From: Hemiscyllium ocellatum
Lineage: Eukaryota
DNA: 64,000 nt
Direction: 5' to 3'
Assembly: GCF_020745735.1 (NCBI RefSeq)
Contig: NC_083446.1
Location: 3,286,001-3,350,000 of the forward strand
The notes beneath the pieces were generated by a model. That model had not been told where the DNA came from and made no database searches. It worked only from the letters and a program-made list of their open reading frames with translations. How positions within the stretch are numbered: the stretch's first letter is position 1; each line of letters begins with the position of its first letter. Shown piece after piece: positions 1-13,330 of the stretch. The position numbers were made by a program, and so were the translations under genes.

Positions 1-91
1 TGTTAATTTCAGGTTTACTAACTTCACTCAACTTTACCATGGGATTTGAATCTATGTCTTCAAACCATTAGATTTGGTTCTCTGGCTTACT

Positions 92-470
92 GGAGAAAGT
101 GAGGACTGCAGATGCCTGAGATCAGAGCTGAAAATGTGTTGCTGGAAAAGCACAGCAGGTCAGGCAGCATCCAAGGAACAGGAGAATCGATGTTTCGGGT
201 ATGAGCCCTTCTTCAGGAATGAGGAAAGTGTGTCTAGCAGGCTAAGATAAAAGGTAGGGAGGAGAAACTTGGGGGAGGGGCATTGGAAATGCAATAGGTG
301 GAAGGAGGTCAAGGTGAGGGTGATAGGCCGGAGTGGGGGTGGGGGCGGAGAGGTCAGGAAGAAGATTGCTGGTTAGGAAGGCGGTGCTGAATTCGAGGGA
401 TTTGACTGAGACACAGTGAGGGGGGAGGGGAAATGAGGAAACTGGAGAAATCTGAGTCCATCCCTTACAG
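92..470 (-). mobile_element. Penelope-like element (family A) 3' end/pLTR with decayed hammerhead motif
   Basis: Begins GGAGAAAGTGAGGACTGCAGATGC, the same terminus as the copies at 8476, 32972 and 35007. Minus strand 220-185 reads ATTC-CTGAAGA-A-GGGC-TCAT-ACCC-GAAAC-ATC, with helix III ACGT changed to ACAT. A purine-rich arm follows. Confidence 0.8.
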
Positions 471-1370
471 TTACAATCCCTTCGCCATCACCATCTCTGG
501 CTTCATCCCTTACCCTTACAATCTAACCACTGTGCCACCGTGCCACCAATGAAGGGTATTATGTCTTTTTGTCTTAAGGACAAATAGGAAGTGAAAAAAT
601 AGGAGTAGGTTGTACAGCCAATTGAGCCTGAGTCTTTTGAAACCAAGAGAAAATAATGGAATCAGAAAGAAGCAATTTTGAGCTGTTTCAACTCTGAATT
701 ATCATGCAAAGATGCTTATTTTGTGAGGTGAGACTATTAGTTCATTGTGCTTTCTGATCAATAAATCTCACTCAAGGAACTGAGAAATGAATTGGTAACT
801 CTTTGAACCTTTGGGAATCTGGTGGCTGCCTGCACACCAAGCCTGTCTAGACATTGAACCTGTTGGTATTCATCTTGAGCATTTATCTGCTTGATGGAGC
901 ACTAATTAAAATGAAAAGAAGATCATTATTGCTTTATTAAAAATAATGTCAGCGTAACTGGACAGATGAGCCTCCTGTAGGGAACGAAGTACTGTCTGAT
1001 TCGTGGAAAAGATAATAATTGTGGTCTGGGCTGCTGTGTCTTTATCATACTTGATAGTGTATACTGGTTGTAGAGTTCCACAGCCAAAGAATCTGAATTT
1101 TACTGTCTTTAACATAGTTGGATAAAGAACCCAAAGGCAGATGAGGGGAATTCTTTTCCACTGCAAGTATTTATGCGCTGCTTGCAAGGGAGAAGATTCG
1201 GTAGTCACTTTCAAAACGGGAATTGGGTACATACCTTAAAGGTAAAACATGGGGCATTGCTTTGTTGGATGAGCAAAGGGAAGCTGGGGCTAATTTTCTC
1301 TCAAAGAACCAACACAATCTGATGGATGGAATGGTCTGCTGTGCTGTATCATTCTTTAAGTAGTAGGAAG

Positions 1371-1585
1371 TCAGTTAGCTCAGTTGGTGTGTTAGCTGGC
1401 TTGTAGTGCAGAGTAATGCCAACACAATCGGTTCAATTTCCACACTGGCTGAGGTGACTATGAGGACACTCCTTGTGAAATTTTCTCTAGCCTGAGGTTT
1501 GGAGACCCTCAGGTTAAACCACCACTGTCATCTCTCTCCCTAGTGAATGAACAGCCCTGTAGCCTAGTAAAGCTATGGTCAACTG
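1371..1585 (+). mobile_element. tRNA-derived SINE (non-HE1 family)
   Basis: A box TAGCTCAGTTGG at 1376-1387 and B box GGTTCAATTTCC at 1430-1441. A second, inverted copy lies at 44686-44897. Confidence 0.7.
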
Positions 1586-1740
1586 CCCTTCAAAAGTACA
1601 TTATGGCCTTGAACAAAGTCCCAACAGTTCGATAATAGAGTTCTGTAATTTTGTTTTCAATCACTAGAAGTTATATCTTTGATATCTGTGAGCTTACTAA
1701 TCACCATTCTAAGCTAGGTTTTGCTGTTGAGTCTGGAAGC

Positions 1741-1903
1741 AAAATGTTGCATGTGCTGGAAATCTGAAATAAAACAGAAAGTGTTGGATATGTTCAGCAG
1801 GTTCTGAAGAAGAGTCACATTGGACTCAAAATGTTCCTGCGGTTTCTCTCTACATAAATGCTGCCAGATCTCCTGAGTTTCTCCAGCACTTTCTGCTTTT
1901 GTT
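1741..1903. mobile_element. Old PLE-derived short element (family D), inverted arm plus forward arm, decayed hammerhead
   Basis: Inverted tail GCTGGAAATCTGAAATAAAACAGAAAG, then CTGAAGA(1804)-A-GAGTC-acattg-GACTC-aAAAtGTT and the forward tail CTGAGTTTCTCCAGCACTTTCTG. Confidence 0.65.
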
Positions 1904-4900
1904 GTGACGAAGTGCCCTGGTTTAGGATTTAAAGAGGGAGTACGTTTATAAGATGTATACTCTAGACAATGGATGTTATACAGGTTAATGCAGAGGAATT
2001 CAAATGTAGAGCAGAGTGCTTCTGCACATATACTCTGCCTTTTTACTTTGATTCAGAAGGCAAGAAACCTGCTGTTGACTAGTTTGGTGTTTTAACTGCC
2101 AATTTCCTGAATGATGGGAGTATTGGAAAATTTGTTGGAAATATGGGCATTAAACCAATAGCTTTTTTTGTGAAGTTTTCTTTTAAACAATCCGTATTAA
2201 CTGCTGAAACCATAGAATGAGTTGAATTTGGACATTTCAGAAAGTTAAGCTTCAGATATTCATTATGACTTACATATGCTGTCCAGCCTTGAACCAGAGA
2301 TATGTGTTGGAAGCCAACAGTATCTCACCAGGATTTTAAAACAGTGGTGGAATGTTCTGCTCCCTCAATTAGTGAAAGAGGTTGCAAGGAGGGAAAATAG
2401 TTGGGTGAGAAACCCATTCTCTCCTTGTCATCTTGGCAAATAAATGGTGCGTGAGAAGGGCCTTTAATGACTTTCTCAACTCACCAGCGTATAAGGCCCT
2501 TAATAGTCAATTAATGGCTACTTATGAGCCTAAACTCTTCACCGCCTGATGGTCTACCTTCACAGCGAGAAAACATGCCTGCCAACTTTGAGGGAGTCCT
2601 CCAATTGCCCTAAGCTCTTTGCAGTTAGAATCATGGATGGCAAATATTGAGGTGGTCTCTGATAGGTGGATTTCAGCACTCAGATTTACCAGTCTCTGAT
2701 TGGCCAGCAGCTTCTGGCCATCTAACATACCAGTGTTGAGGCACCTAATAGGGCAGGAGACTTGCCCATGTGCTGCCTGATTAGCTCTTAATGAGCTGAT
2801 AGACATGTGATATACTGCATAATTTCATTGGTCAGGGGCATTATGTTAATTGCTGTCTACCACACTTGACCCCACATTTTAACAAAAATGGGAAAATCTT
2901 AGCTAATGTGCTAATTGAATGTATTAAAGATTTGCAGTTGTATGGTACCTCTGGTCCCCCAGAAGTGCAGAACATCGTGATAGTGGCCAAGTCAATTTGT
3001 CAATGTGTTTTATTGTAGCAAATATTGGGAATGTATCTGATTAGATCATTTTGGCTTCTATATCCCTAAGTCTGAAAGGAGAATATCGTATAAAATACAC
3101 TGCTCTACTTTAGCTGAGAACTTTGGTTAAAGTGTGATTTTTTTTCTAATGTGTTTTGGTGAGTGTAGTTTAATGGGAAAGAACTGATAGAACTTAGTGT
3201 TCACAAAATTCTCTGCTGCTGCGGTTTTTCTTCACTTCACTCCGCCTTCTGTTGTAGACTAATTGGTAGGAACTGATTATTGAGATCAGCCAACATCTCC
3301 ATTATCATCATATCATCCAGGACAGTAGAAGGCAAATCACAGTAATTCTTGTGTTATAGATAGGCTAAACATTCCTGGTGACAACACTGTGAAAGATATT
3401 AAAGACCCTAGACAGTAGTAAGTGTCAGAAGTCGGAGTAGTTCAGTTTCCCTTTGGTTTTATACATGCATCAGTTATTAAAGAAACTCAGAACTGATTGT
3501 GGTAACACAATTTTCTCAGAATATTGCCAAATCCTTTATCTACCTAAATATGTTTACCAAAATAATGGCATGTGAAAAGGTTTTGGGTGACCAATGTCAT
3601 AAGGATTTCTCTTGATAGTTATTCTCTTGATAGTTAAAGCTGATGTTAGTTAACCTTACCAATCAGGGGGAGCAGCATTGCACAGAAGCAAGCTGAGAAA
3701 TGAGGATGATTTTAATGAAGGTTCCTATGTGAAATTAATTCTTGTGTTAAAATAATAAGGGAAATTAGATCTAAACACACTAAGCCTTCATGAATTAATA
3801 TCACCAGCATTAATTTCTAAGCTTTTGTCAAATCATTTTGAAGGAAATAAAGAATTTTGATTGATATGGCATTTTACCATGTCTTTGAGGCATGTTAGTT
3901 GCTTTACAGTGATGAATTATCTTTTTGGAATGCACACACTGTTTTGTAGGAAAATAATGATGGTCAATTTGAGGGAAGAATGTTGGCAGAGATAATACTT
4001 TGACTAACTTTAAATTGTGCAGTCTCTTGCCTAATGTGAAAGATGACTGTACTGATAATGCAGCATTCCTTCACTGTCATACTGATTGCTTCAGCAGTAC
4101 AATCAAAATCTATTGTAGGTTGTTGAGAACAGTAGTGATTAAAAAGTACCCCAACGTATTAAATATCACTGCATTAATAGACTGAAGATGTGACTCTTCT
4201 ATTGCATATAAATTTGTAGTGAAAATTAAAATAGTCGTACTGTTAATCTCTGCTTTGTGTGATACAGTAGGAGGAATAAGAAATTTACACTAGTTTGTAA
4301 CAGCATTGCTAAATCTCCCATAAGGTCATTTGCTCTTTATTATCTATAATATGGCTCTGAGACCCAGTAACACAAATATCCTCACTGGCTAGAATGATTG
4401 GTCTGTAATGTTCCATTTTCCGTCCTGTTGGAAATTGTTACTTACAAAGTAACCGTGAATGAAATCAGGAACTCAGACCTGCTCAATCATTTCACAGTAC
4501 AGTGTATCTCATCATTCTTGAGAATGACTGGACTAAAGCATTGGTTGAGACCATTAGCCTCAGCAAAATGTCAGTGAAAAAAGCTGCTTAATATTGGAGT
4601 CTTGTTCAGAGTAAACAATGCCATTCAACCATATTTTCCACGACATCTTTAATCTTAAACTGTGGACCTAATTTTCACATCCTGGTGTAAATGAAATCCA
4701 AACAATTGAAACATGCTGATCCCTCCATAATGCTGAAGTACTATTAAGTGCATTCTGTCCAAATGCATAATTAGTCATAGACCCAGAGGCAGATGTAGCT
4801 AGGTGCAGAATGTAAATTAGTGCAACAGGTGTCTCAGTATTTTCATATGTTGCCCTTGAAATGGCTGTGATGAGGAAGGATAAGACTGTGAATGTCCATC

Positions 4901-5029
4901 TCCTTCTGGAATGTACCTTTGTTAAAAAAAAGTTTGGAAACATGATTTGGTCAAGTACATCCAGAGCAGTGGCTTTGTGTCTAAAGGCTCTTTGTTCTAC
5001 ATGTTGTTCCCAGCAAGGCACACTAAAAT

Positions 5030-5136
5030 AAACATCTGGGAAGGGTCACTTGACCCAAAACATTAACTCTGATTCCTCTCCACAGATGCTGCCAGACCTG
5101 ATGAACTTTTCCAGCTATTTCTGTTTTTATTTCTGA
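5030..5136 (+). mobile_element. Old PLE-derived short element (family D), decayed hammerhead
   Basis: ctgggaa-GGGTC-actt-GACCC-aAAACaTT-AACT, followed by the tail CACAGATGCTGCCAGACCTG shared with the copies at 1741, 25561 and 34630. Confidence 0.65.
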
Positions 5137-5869
5137 GATAAGCATCAACTGAGGCTGGAAGACCAGTGCTTGGTGAAATACCCTCTTTAGTCTTCCTGAG
5201 ACTTACAGATTTTCCACTGAGCTTTTCATGCCTGAGTGCTGCTGTTTGGCACATTCCAAGAACTAGGACTGCATGAATGCATTAAAACTCGCTGTCGAGC
5301 TACAATGAGAAAAAGTTGCTGTCTAAGGCGTTTCAACCATAGTATACAGAGGGGCAGGAAACTTGGGCCTTTTCGCTGATGTGAAATGTATGCAGTAAAT
5401 ATCATAGTCATAGAGATCTCCAGTGCAGAGAAAGGCCCTTTGGTCTATCTTGTCCAAACCAGGCAAAAACATTCACCTGATTATTCTAATTCCATTTACC
5501 AGCACTTGACCGATATCCTTATCTTGTTGATCTTGTGGCATCACTGAATCAAACATGGAGACAGCTAAATTCTATTGCACTTTTGAAGACTGTTCCCCAT
5601 AGCATTAGCCAAATAGATGTAACACTAGAAACTGGTGTCATATTGGCAGGTGTAGCCAGGAATGTTTTACAGGCCGTAGTTCACACTGGCTTGACCTTCT
5701 CATGCAGTAGCATGTCAAATATGGCATATTAAATTGGATTTGGTCAAGCATTTACATAAATATGTGTCTCAGGACTAATACTGCAAACTGCTTTTAAAGG
5801 TGAAGCCCCTGCATGCATCAATCATGCATCGTCAAAGCAATGTAATGAGCAGATGAGATGCTGTTGCAG

Positions 5870-6395
5870 TGACTCACCTTCTGACGCTTCAAAGCCAGTG
5901 CATCATCTACAAGGCATAAGCCAGGAGTGTTTTACAATGCTCATATTTGTCTGGATGGATGCAGCTCCAACAACATTAAGGAAGTTCTTCACTTTCCAAC
6001 TCACATGATTGACACCAATTTAAATATTCATTCACTTCACGGCTGGTGTAAAGTGGCAGCAATGAGTACCACCCACAAAATGCAGTGCAGCAACTCATCA
6101 AGCCACCTTTGACAGCACTTTCTAAACCTGTAAAATCTACCATCCAGAAGTACAAAGGCAGCAGATACATGGGAGCACCACCACCTGCAGGTTCCCCTCT
6201 GAGCCACACACTATCCTGATTTGAAAATACATCGCCGTTCCTTCAGTGTCGCTTGGTCAAAATCCTGGAACTCTCTTCCTGACAGCATTGGGGTGTTCCT
6301 ACATCAAACGGATTGTAGCAATTCAAAAAGGCAGAACAATGAGGGATAAATAATGAATTCTGGTTTCAGCAATGATATCCACAAATGTATAAAGA
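5870..6395 (+). mobile_element. Ancient CR1/L2-group LINE 3' fragment
   Basis: Degenerate RT C-terminus (IYKA..RS...W..AAPTTL). Its 3' UTR is shared with 8065-8445, 9185-9285, 23085-23695(-), 33770-34055 and 60395-60555. Confidence 0.6.
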
Positions 6396-6647
6396 AGAGA
6401 AGTAGCCCTCATGTAGGCAGAGGACTTCTCTTGCAGACTAACCAGTCTGGCAACCTTTAGATGCCACTTTGATTTTTCCAATCATCTTAGATGGCAGAGA
6501 TTACATTTTGAAAAGTATGATAGACAAATCTCAACTTATAAAAATTTTGAAGTATTTTCATTCTGTTCTCAATAATTATTGATCATTTTAAGGAAGTAAC
6601 AAAGACTTCCTCAATTGGCTTTGAATGTACAGATCTGTAATCCAGTT

Positions 6648-7278
6648 ATAGAGTCACAGAGTCATAAGAGATGTACAGCATAGAAACAGACCCTTCGGTC
6701 CAACTTGTCCATGCTGATCACATATCCTAACCTAATCTAGTTCCATTTGCCAGCACTTGGCCCATATCATTCTAAACCCTTCCTATTCCTACACCCATCC
6801 AGATGCCTTTTAAATGTTGTAATTGTACCAGTGTCCACTACTTTCTCTGGCAGCTCATTCCCATACATGCGCAACCCTCTGCGTGAAAAGGATACATCTC
6901 AGGTCCCTTTTAAATTTTTCCTCTCTGACTCTAAACATATGTCCTCTAGTTCTGGACTCCCGCACTCCAGGGAAAAGACCTTGTCTTTATACCCTATACA
7001 TGCCCCTCATGTTTTTATAAATGTCTATCAGGTCACTTCTCAGCCTCCGACGCTCCAGGGTAAACAACCTGAGCCTATTCAACCTCTTCTATAGCTGAAA
7101 TCCTCCAACCCTGGCAACATTCTTGTGAATCTTGTCTGATCTCTTTCAAATTTCACAATATTTTTCCGATAGGAAGATCAGAATTGCACACAATATTCCA
7201 AAAGTGGCCTCATCAATGTCGTGTACAGCTGCAACATGACTTCCCAACTGCAGTACTCAATACTCTGACCAATAAAGG
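6648..7278 (-). mobile_element. CR1 (HER1-type) LINE, 5'-truncated
   Basis: (GACTCTAT)n-type tail on the minus strand. Colinear with the CR1 3' ends at 51600-52212 and 63062-63690. Confidence 0.9.
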
Positions 7279-8064
7279 TTGGCCTTAGTTTGTTAATTCT
7301 GGTCTTATCTCTCTTTCTTTCTCTCAATTGATCAGCAGTTTCACATGGGTAGATTGCAGCTGTGTCAGCTCAGCAATTCATAACTCTGTGAAGCAGCACA
7401 CCATCCATTTTAACAAAACAAAAAAGATTACAGCAATACCGCAAAAGATTGGAGGTTGGCAGTTTAAGTACTGCATTCATGAAGATGCATTAAGTGGTGC
7501 TGCAATGGTGCTGTAAATCTTAGGACTTTCAGCGCCTTTTAACTTTAGTTGTTGAACACTGCAAACTTGCACTTTTCTCCTTTTATTTACTTGTTCCAGC
7601 TAAAGTTCTGACTTGACTAATTTACGGTTCCCTAAGGTAGTAGCAATGTGTAGGAGTGACTAGCAGCATAAAGTAGAAATACCGTAGGGATCTAAAAGAA
7701 AGTGAAAGAATAGCGTCCAGTTATACCTGTAATATTACATCTCTGTGCAGCTCCTGATAACTTATTTTCATTTCTAAAGTTTACGCCTACATTTATAACA
7801 GCAATGCGCAGGTAAACTTATCCTGCTTCAATTGCAGCCTACTTCTAGAGGAGGGAGAGCAGGACCAGCATTGACAGCAGGGAATAATTGCAGCTTATTT
7901 ACATCAAAAATACAGACATAAGAATTTACAATGGAAAGGCAAAAGAAGGACAACATGTATGACCTAAAAATGGTGACTGATTTAAGTTTGCAAACTCCAT
8001 TCTACTCAAAGAATATTTTAATGTAAATTATGATTATTAGAGTAGCACTCTATGGGCAACTTAA

Positions 8065-8445
8065 GCATCCACACCCTCCACCTCCGGCACACAGTGGCAG
8101 CAATGTGCACTACTTACAAGGTGCACTGCAGTAACTAGCCCAAATCCTCCAAACCAGCAAGCTTTCCCACTTAGAAAAACAGGGGTTTTTCCAAAGCAGA
8201 AGCTTTGGGAAATCACTACTTACAAGTTCCCCTCAAAATCACATACCATTCTACACTGTCATTCGGATAAAATCCTTGAATGTCCTCCCTGAACAGCACA
8301 GTGGGTGAATCTAAGCCACGTGAATTACAGAGGTTCAAGAAGGCAGCTCACCAACACCTTCTCAGGATAGATTGTGATTAGACAATTAATAGTGGCCTTG
8401 CTGATTATACCCACTTCCCATGGAAACTGTAATTGCACATCCCAC
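8065..8445 (+). mobile_element. Ancient CR1/L2-group LINE 3' UTR
   Basis: Similar to 6020-6395 and 33770-34055 (TTCAAGAAGGCAGCTCACCAACACCTTCTCAGG). Confidence 0.55.
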
Positions 8446-8475
8446 TAAAAAAAAACTGCCTTGCAGTTATGTAGG

Positions 8476-8590
8476 AGGAGAAAGTGAGGTCTGCAGATGC
8501 AGAATTCCTGAAGAAGGGCTTATGCCCGAAACGTCGAATCTCCTGCTCCTTGGATGCTGCCTGACCTGCTGCGCTTTTCCAGCAACACAT
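8476..8590. mobile_element. Young PLE family A mini-insertion (115 bp) with 15-bp TSD
   Basis: Exact flanking repeat TTGCAGTTATGTAGG at 8461-8475 and 8591-8605. An inverted 3' terminus (8476-8500) is joined to a forward hammerhead-containing arm. Confidence 0.9.
8504..8539 (+). ncRNA. Minimal type I hammerhead ribozyme motif (intact)
   Basis: ATTC-CTGAAGA-A-GGGC-TTAT-GCCC-GAAAC-GTC-GAAT. Stem I ATTC/GAAT, stem II GGGC/GCCC, palindromic ACGT helix III. Predicted cleavage after GUC at 8535. Confidence 0.8.
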
Positions 8591-11500
8591 TTGCAGTTAT
8601 GTAGGTTTGGCTAATTGATCAAAGTTTCACAGAGGTAACCACCTGCAGCTGACGTTATCTTTCATCCATCTGAGGTCTTTTTGTTTCTCTGCCTTTTTGT
8701 TATATGCCCATCCATCATGCATTCAATCTCACACTAACACAAATTTCAGTGCTTGTTTTTAAAGAAAAACTGTCAAAATAAAAACAAATACAGTGAAGTT
8801 TGTTATACATGGACAAAATCAGAGCGACAATGTTGCCTGCTCCGAAATTAATTTGCTGTGAATTTGCCCATTGTTTATTTCACAAAGTAACATAGTTCTT
8901 TGATGGCAAAATATTTCTATGTGATGTAAACCTGAGAGTAACAGCGCTGCTCCCACCATACTTTGTCGTGGTCAGTGGCGGGTTCCTAAGTTACAAAGTA
9001 CAACCAAGGGTATATATCATTGTGGGCATGCTCCAGACTATATTTTCATCAAATGTTAATGAGCAATTTATCAGCGGATGAATCCAAAAATATTGAAATC
9101 TTCCATATAGTGCATAATGTAAAACATATGTTGCATATATGTTATCTAAGAATGTGAACGTACCTAACCCTCATGGATGTCAGCTGTTCATGAATGCAGC
9201 TCACTACACCTTCTCGAGGGCAGTTAAGGATGGGAATTAAATACTGGCATAGCCAGCAGTGCCTACATCCTATGAATTAATAATTTTTTAAAAAAACCTG
9301 GCTCAAATTTCCCTGAAACAGATTAAAATGTACTTTCACGTCACTGTGTTTTATTATATTTTTCATACACCTCTAACATATTCTCCACAATACACCAAAG
9401 CACAAACATTTTGAATAGCAGATTCTAGAAATTGCCACGTTTTCAGAAATCTCTGTGAGATCATCTCAGCCATATCCCTGCCTTTTCTCTCTGAAATGCA
9501 CTTAACTGATCCTTGGAATTCTTTACACTATTTACAATAATGGTCTTCCTGTTAACTCTTTCTTTTGATAAGAAACTTGCAGCATGATGTTGAAAATCAT
9601 TTGTAAGTCGGCATGAAACTGTGCAGGTTTGGCAGCATTTTTGAAAGCAGTTAGTTGGTTCTCTCTCCTTGCCCCACCCGAAACCTGTCAAGGCTGCTGC
9701 CTTTTGAAATTCTGTTGGGTAGGAGCGCCGAGCTGTTTGCCGAATGAAGATTCATTGCAAATCTCACTGAGAAATGAATGAACATGTTCATTTAAAATAT
9801 GAACAGGGGGAAAAAAAGTGAAATTTTAAAGGAGCAACTACTTTGTTGTTTGACTTCCAGGTTAAAAGTGTACAAATGGTCTGCAAAACGTGTAGGCCGT
9901 ATGTTTCAGAACTGAATAATTGACATGGCACCTCAGACAGATTTTGTTTAGGTGATTCATAGGAGCAAGGCAGAGATGGAGGGATGGTGGGAGGTCAGCA
10001 TAACCAATACATAAATTACAAAGTGCTGGAAGTCATTTCTTTTGCAAAAACTCTGACAGTTGATGATACCAAGCAGAAACATTATGAATATATCTTTTCT
10101 GTAGTTTTCCTTTATTCTCTCAGGGAATGTGGTGTTGTTTGTAAGGCCAACATTTGTTCTCAATTCCAAATTGCCTCTTGAGCTGAGTGTCTCGCTCAGC
10201 CATTTCAGCAGGCAGTTAAAAAAGGCGTATCTGGAGTCACATGTAGGCCAGACTGGATAAGGACAGTGGTCATGATCACCATTCCTGACACTAGCTTTTA
10301 ATTCCAGATTTATTAATCACATTTAAATTCTACCATCTGCAGTGTTGAAATTTGAACGTATGTCCTCAGAACATTTTCTTGCACTTGGTAAAGCAGGAGA
10401 AACATATCTTATTAATTAAAGTGAGCAGCACAGTTTTTGCAATGCTACTTTTTTGTAAGGTTGCAGAAAATTTCCTCATATTGTTTTACATTTCCCCAAC
10501 CTCCCCCCCCCCCCCCCCTCCCCCACAACCTTATTTGAAGAAAATCTTTGTGCCTAATCCGGTGAGCTGACCTGCGACACAAGCAATCTTATTATTGGAA
10601 ACTAGAAATTCCCTTGAGATAGTTTTAATGAGGTACTCTCTGCACCGCTAATGCTAAACATACCAGAAGTGAACTGTTCAAAGAGGAGCACAATACAGAC
10701 TGGTTGTGTGCTGAGACAGTGTGGGTTTTCATTATTGAACATTTAAGTGTTGCTCTGGTGGTTGGCTGGTTGTGGTATGGTTATTTAATATGTTTTAAAT
10801 GCGTTGTGAATGAACATGTTATTCTGGTACAAAGCACAAAAGGGCGGTGTGTAGTCGCTCTTTGTATGCTGTGGGTTTCATGCAATTACTCTGCTGTGCG
10901 TGTGTCTACACTTTTTATTGACAGATCTCAAATGTTTCTTAACATTTGTGTCATGATGCAGAATACTTATTGTGTTGTACTGTGAAGCATAAAAGAACTC
11001 TGTACTCCTTTTATATACTGTACAGGGAAAATGGATTTACCGACAAAGGGGAGCCACTTTGGGAGTTTTCAGGCAGACTCGCTTGCCAAAAAAATTCATT
11101 GTGAAAAATGTCTGATGTTGTCACATTTACTGCTGGACAGTATTTCATTTCAAATGCTATGTGGAAAAATATTACCCCTTTAAACCATTGTATTAATGTG
11201 ACTGCATTCCATATGGAACCCCATTTTCAGCAATACATGTCTATTCAGCCTCCCTTTCCAATGGGCCATCTACTACAGCAAATGTTGCTTCCAGTTTTAA
11301 TGTGAAAGCCTTATTGTTTATTTTTCTTGTAACCCATTAAACAGTGCGTGTTAACAACCGCACGAATTGATGGAAAAATAGTTTCTTGTTTGTTGTGTGT
11401 GTTGGTTCATTTTATTAAATAGACCATTTCACAGCATTGTTGCCCTTGCTATTCATATTTTCGTTTTCATTTCTCTCTCCTTAACTACACTTTGAATGTT

Positions 11501-12959
11501 ATAATTTTCCCAATTTTGCTGCCATTTTAAGTTTTGCCAAGCATACTCAATAGAAAATTTCCTAATTACTGAGTTTCCATTACCCTCTCCTTCCTCAAAG
11601 CCATGTCTTTATCTAACGCGTTGTCCAGCCTAATTCCTACTCGTATTTGCTTGTTTTCCCATTTCCTCTTATGTCTCTATAAAGTGCAGTGGGGTTGGAA
11701 TGTTTGCCATGCTTAAGGAGCTATGCAGATGTAAATTTGTATTATTGTCTGAGCTAAAGCCAGCTCTTCCCATACCTCAATTTTTTTCTGTTTCCCTAAG
11801 ACTGATGTTTTATACTCTAGTACTTTCTCATTTTTCTTGAAAATTCTTTATAATTTTTAGGAGGCACCATTTTGACAATGGAAAAGCATATTTGATTTGT
11901 TGTGACAATTTAGCTTTGGTTCCAGAGGCTGCCTGGGAACACACGTGTCAGAAGCAGGAATAGACCAATTGGCCCTCAGCCTGCTCCATCATTCAGTAAG
12001 ATCATAGCCTCAACCCTTCATCTTCCACATGCTTGATAAATTTTTAGTTCCTTGTTAGTTAAAAACCTATGTACTTCAATCTTAAATAAAAATCAATGAT
12101 CCAGCCTGCGCCATTCTCTGGTGAAGACTTCCTCATTTCAGTGTTTGATGAAATTCACAAGTATCAAGGAGTAGTGTTTTTGTGAACTGGTGATCTTTCA
12201 GTTAATTGACTGCTTTTCATAAGATCATATACAGCAACAGTTGAAGGCCATTCAGTCCATTGAGCCCGATCATGTTTAAGAAAATCTGAGCTGATCTGAT
12301 TCTGGCTTTGCCTCAACATTCCTACCCACCCCTATAACGCTTGAATCCCTTGTTGATCAAACACACTAACAATTGAAGACATATTATTTTAGGAATTGTA
12401 TTGATAAAATACTTTCAATCTTTGTTCTGTATTGGATTTTATTACAGGCATAGTATTGGCTTTGGCAAATATTCTCTTAAACTAAAGTTCACATTAGCAA
12501 TTTGGGGAATGTCTTCAAATCAATAAAAAAAACATTTCTTGGTAGGATCTGAAAAACATTCTGGCTCGTTGAAAGCTATTTCAAAGGTGGGGGGAAGAAA
12601 AAGAAACAGTTACCAGGTTATTTTCCAAATATTTTATAAAAACAGCTACAAAAAATAACATGCAATGTGTTAGTCCATAGCAGTAAGGTGTAAAAATCAT
12701 TAAACAATTTTGATTGCGAATGTGCTCAATTTATTTGTCTCACCTACAAATAAGCTTAACTCCTCATCATACTTTGATACAATTTAATGTGTTATTTCCT
12801 TTGAATGAGAAGTGTAAAACAAAATTAAGCACAAGAAACTTTTTATTCCCCAAAGTCTGCAATTCGGGGAAGAAAAAGCATTTTTGTATCTTCAGCTGTT
12901 TTGTGTAAAGGAAAGTGATACAAACAGCAGTTAACAGTTAAACCATTGAACAATTTGAA

Positions 12960-13330
12960 TGCTTTTGGCTGAAGAATAACTATTGCATTGGATACTTGGT
13001 AGAATTCCCTACTGTGCTGCCATAGGATCTTTATAAAAAAGGCATTTTTAAATCAACTTCATCGGACATGACTGACATACTCTGCAACAGGTGGGACTTG
13101 AGCCTCGACTTTGTGGTCCAGAGATGGGAATATAACTATTGCATCACAAGACTCTTTTAATCTTGACCTGAAAAGGCAGATGGGTGTTCAGATCTCATCT
13201 GAAAAATATCACCTCTGACAGTGCAGCGCTCCGTCAGCATTGGCTCTGCAGGTTTCAAACAAGATTATGTTTCCCAGACTCTAGAGTGTGTTATGGACCA
13301 CTTAAAACACTCTCTCAAGCAGGCAGCTAA
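12960..13330 (-). mobile_element. Deu-domain (SacSINE/AmnSINE-like) SINE remnant
   Basis: TCTCATCTGAAAAATATCACCTCTGACAGTGCAGCGCTCC matches the recalled Deu-SINE core. Related tails occur at 15281-15365, 18572-18780, 27075-27207 and 41690-41805. Confidence 0.5.

Noticed and set aside
79-503. TCTCTGGCTT repeated at 79-88 and 494-503 as a TSD of the first PLE
   Set aside because: Offset from both element ends and only 10 bp long; not secure enough to call.
9777-9790. Palindrome ATGAACATGTTCAT containing a p53-family half-site
   Set aside because: Only a single half-site; not distinguishable from chance in 64 kb.
11026-11305. Possible plus-strand exon after TACTGTACAG
   Set aside because: All three frames stop early or give no recognisable protein. 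Kept only as a CNE candidate.
12609-12665. Possible minus-strand micro-exon (ttttttgtag|CTGTTTTTATAAAATATTTGGAAAATAACCTG|gtaact)
   Set aside because: Splice-like signals are present, but the peptide (VFIKYLENNL) is unrecognised and no partner exons were found. It cannot be supported without RNA-seq.
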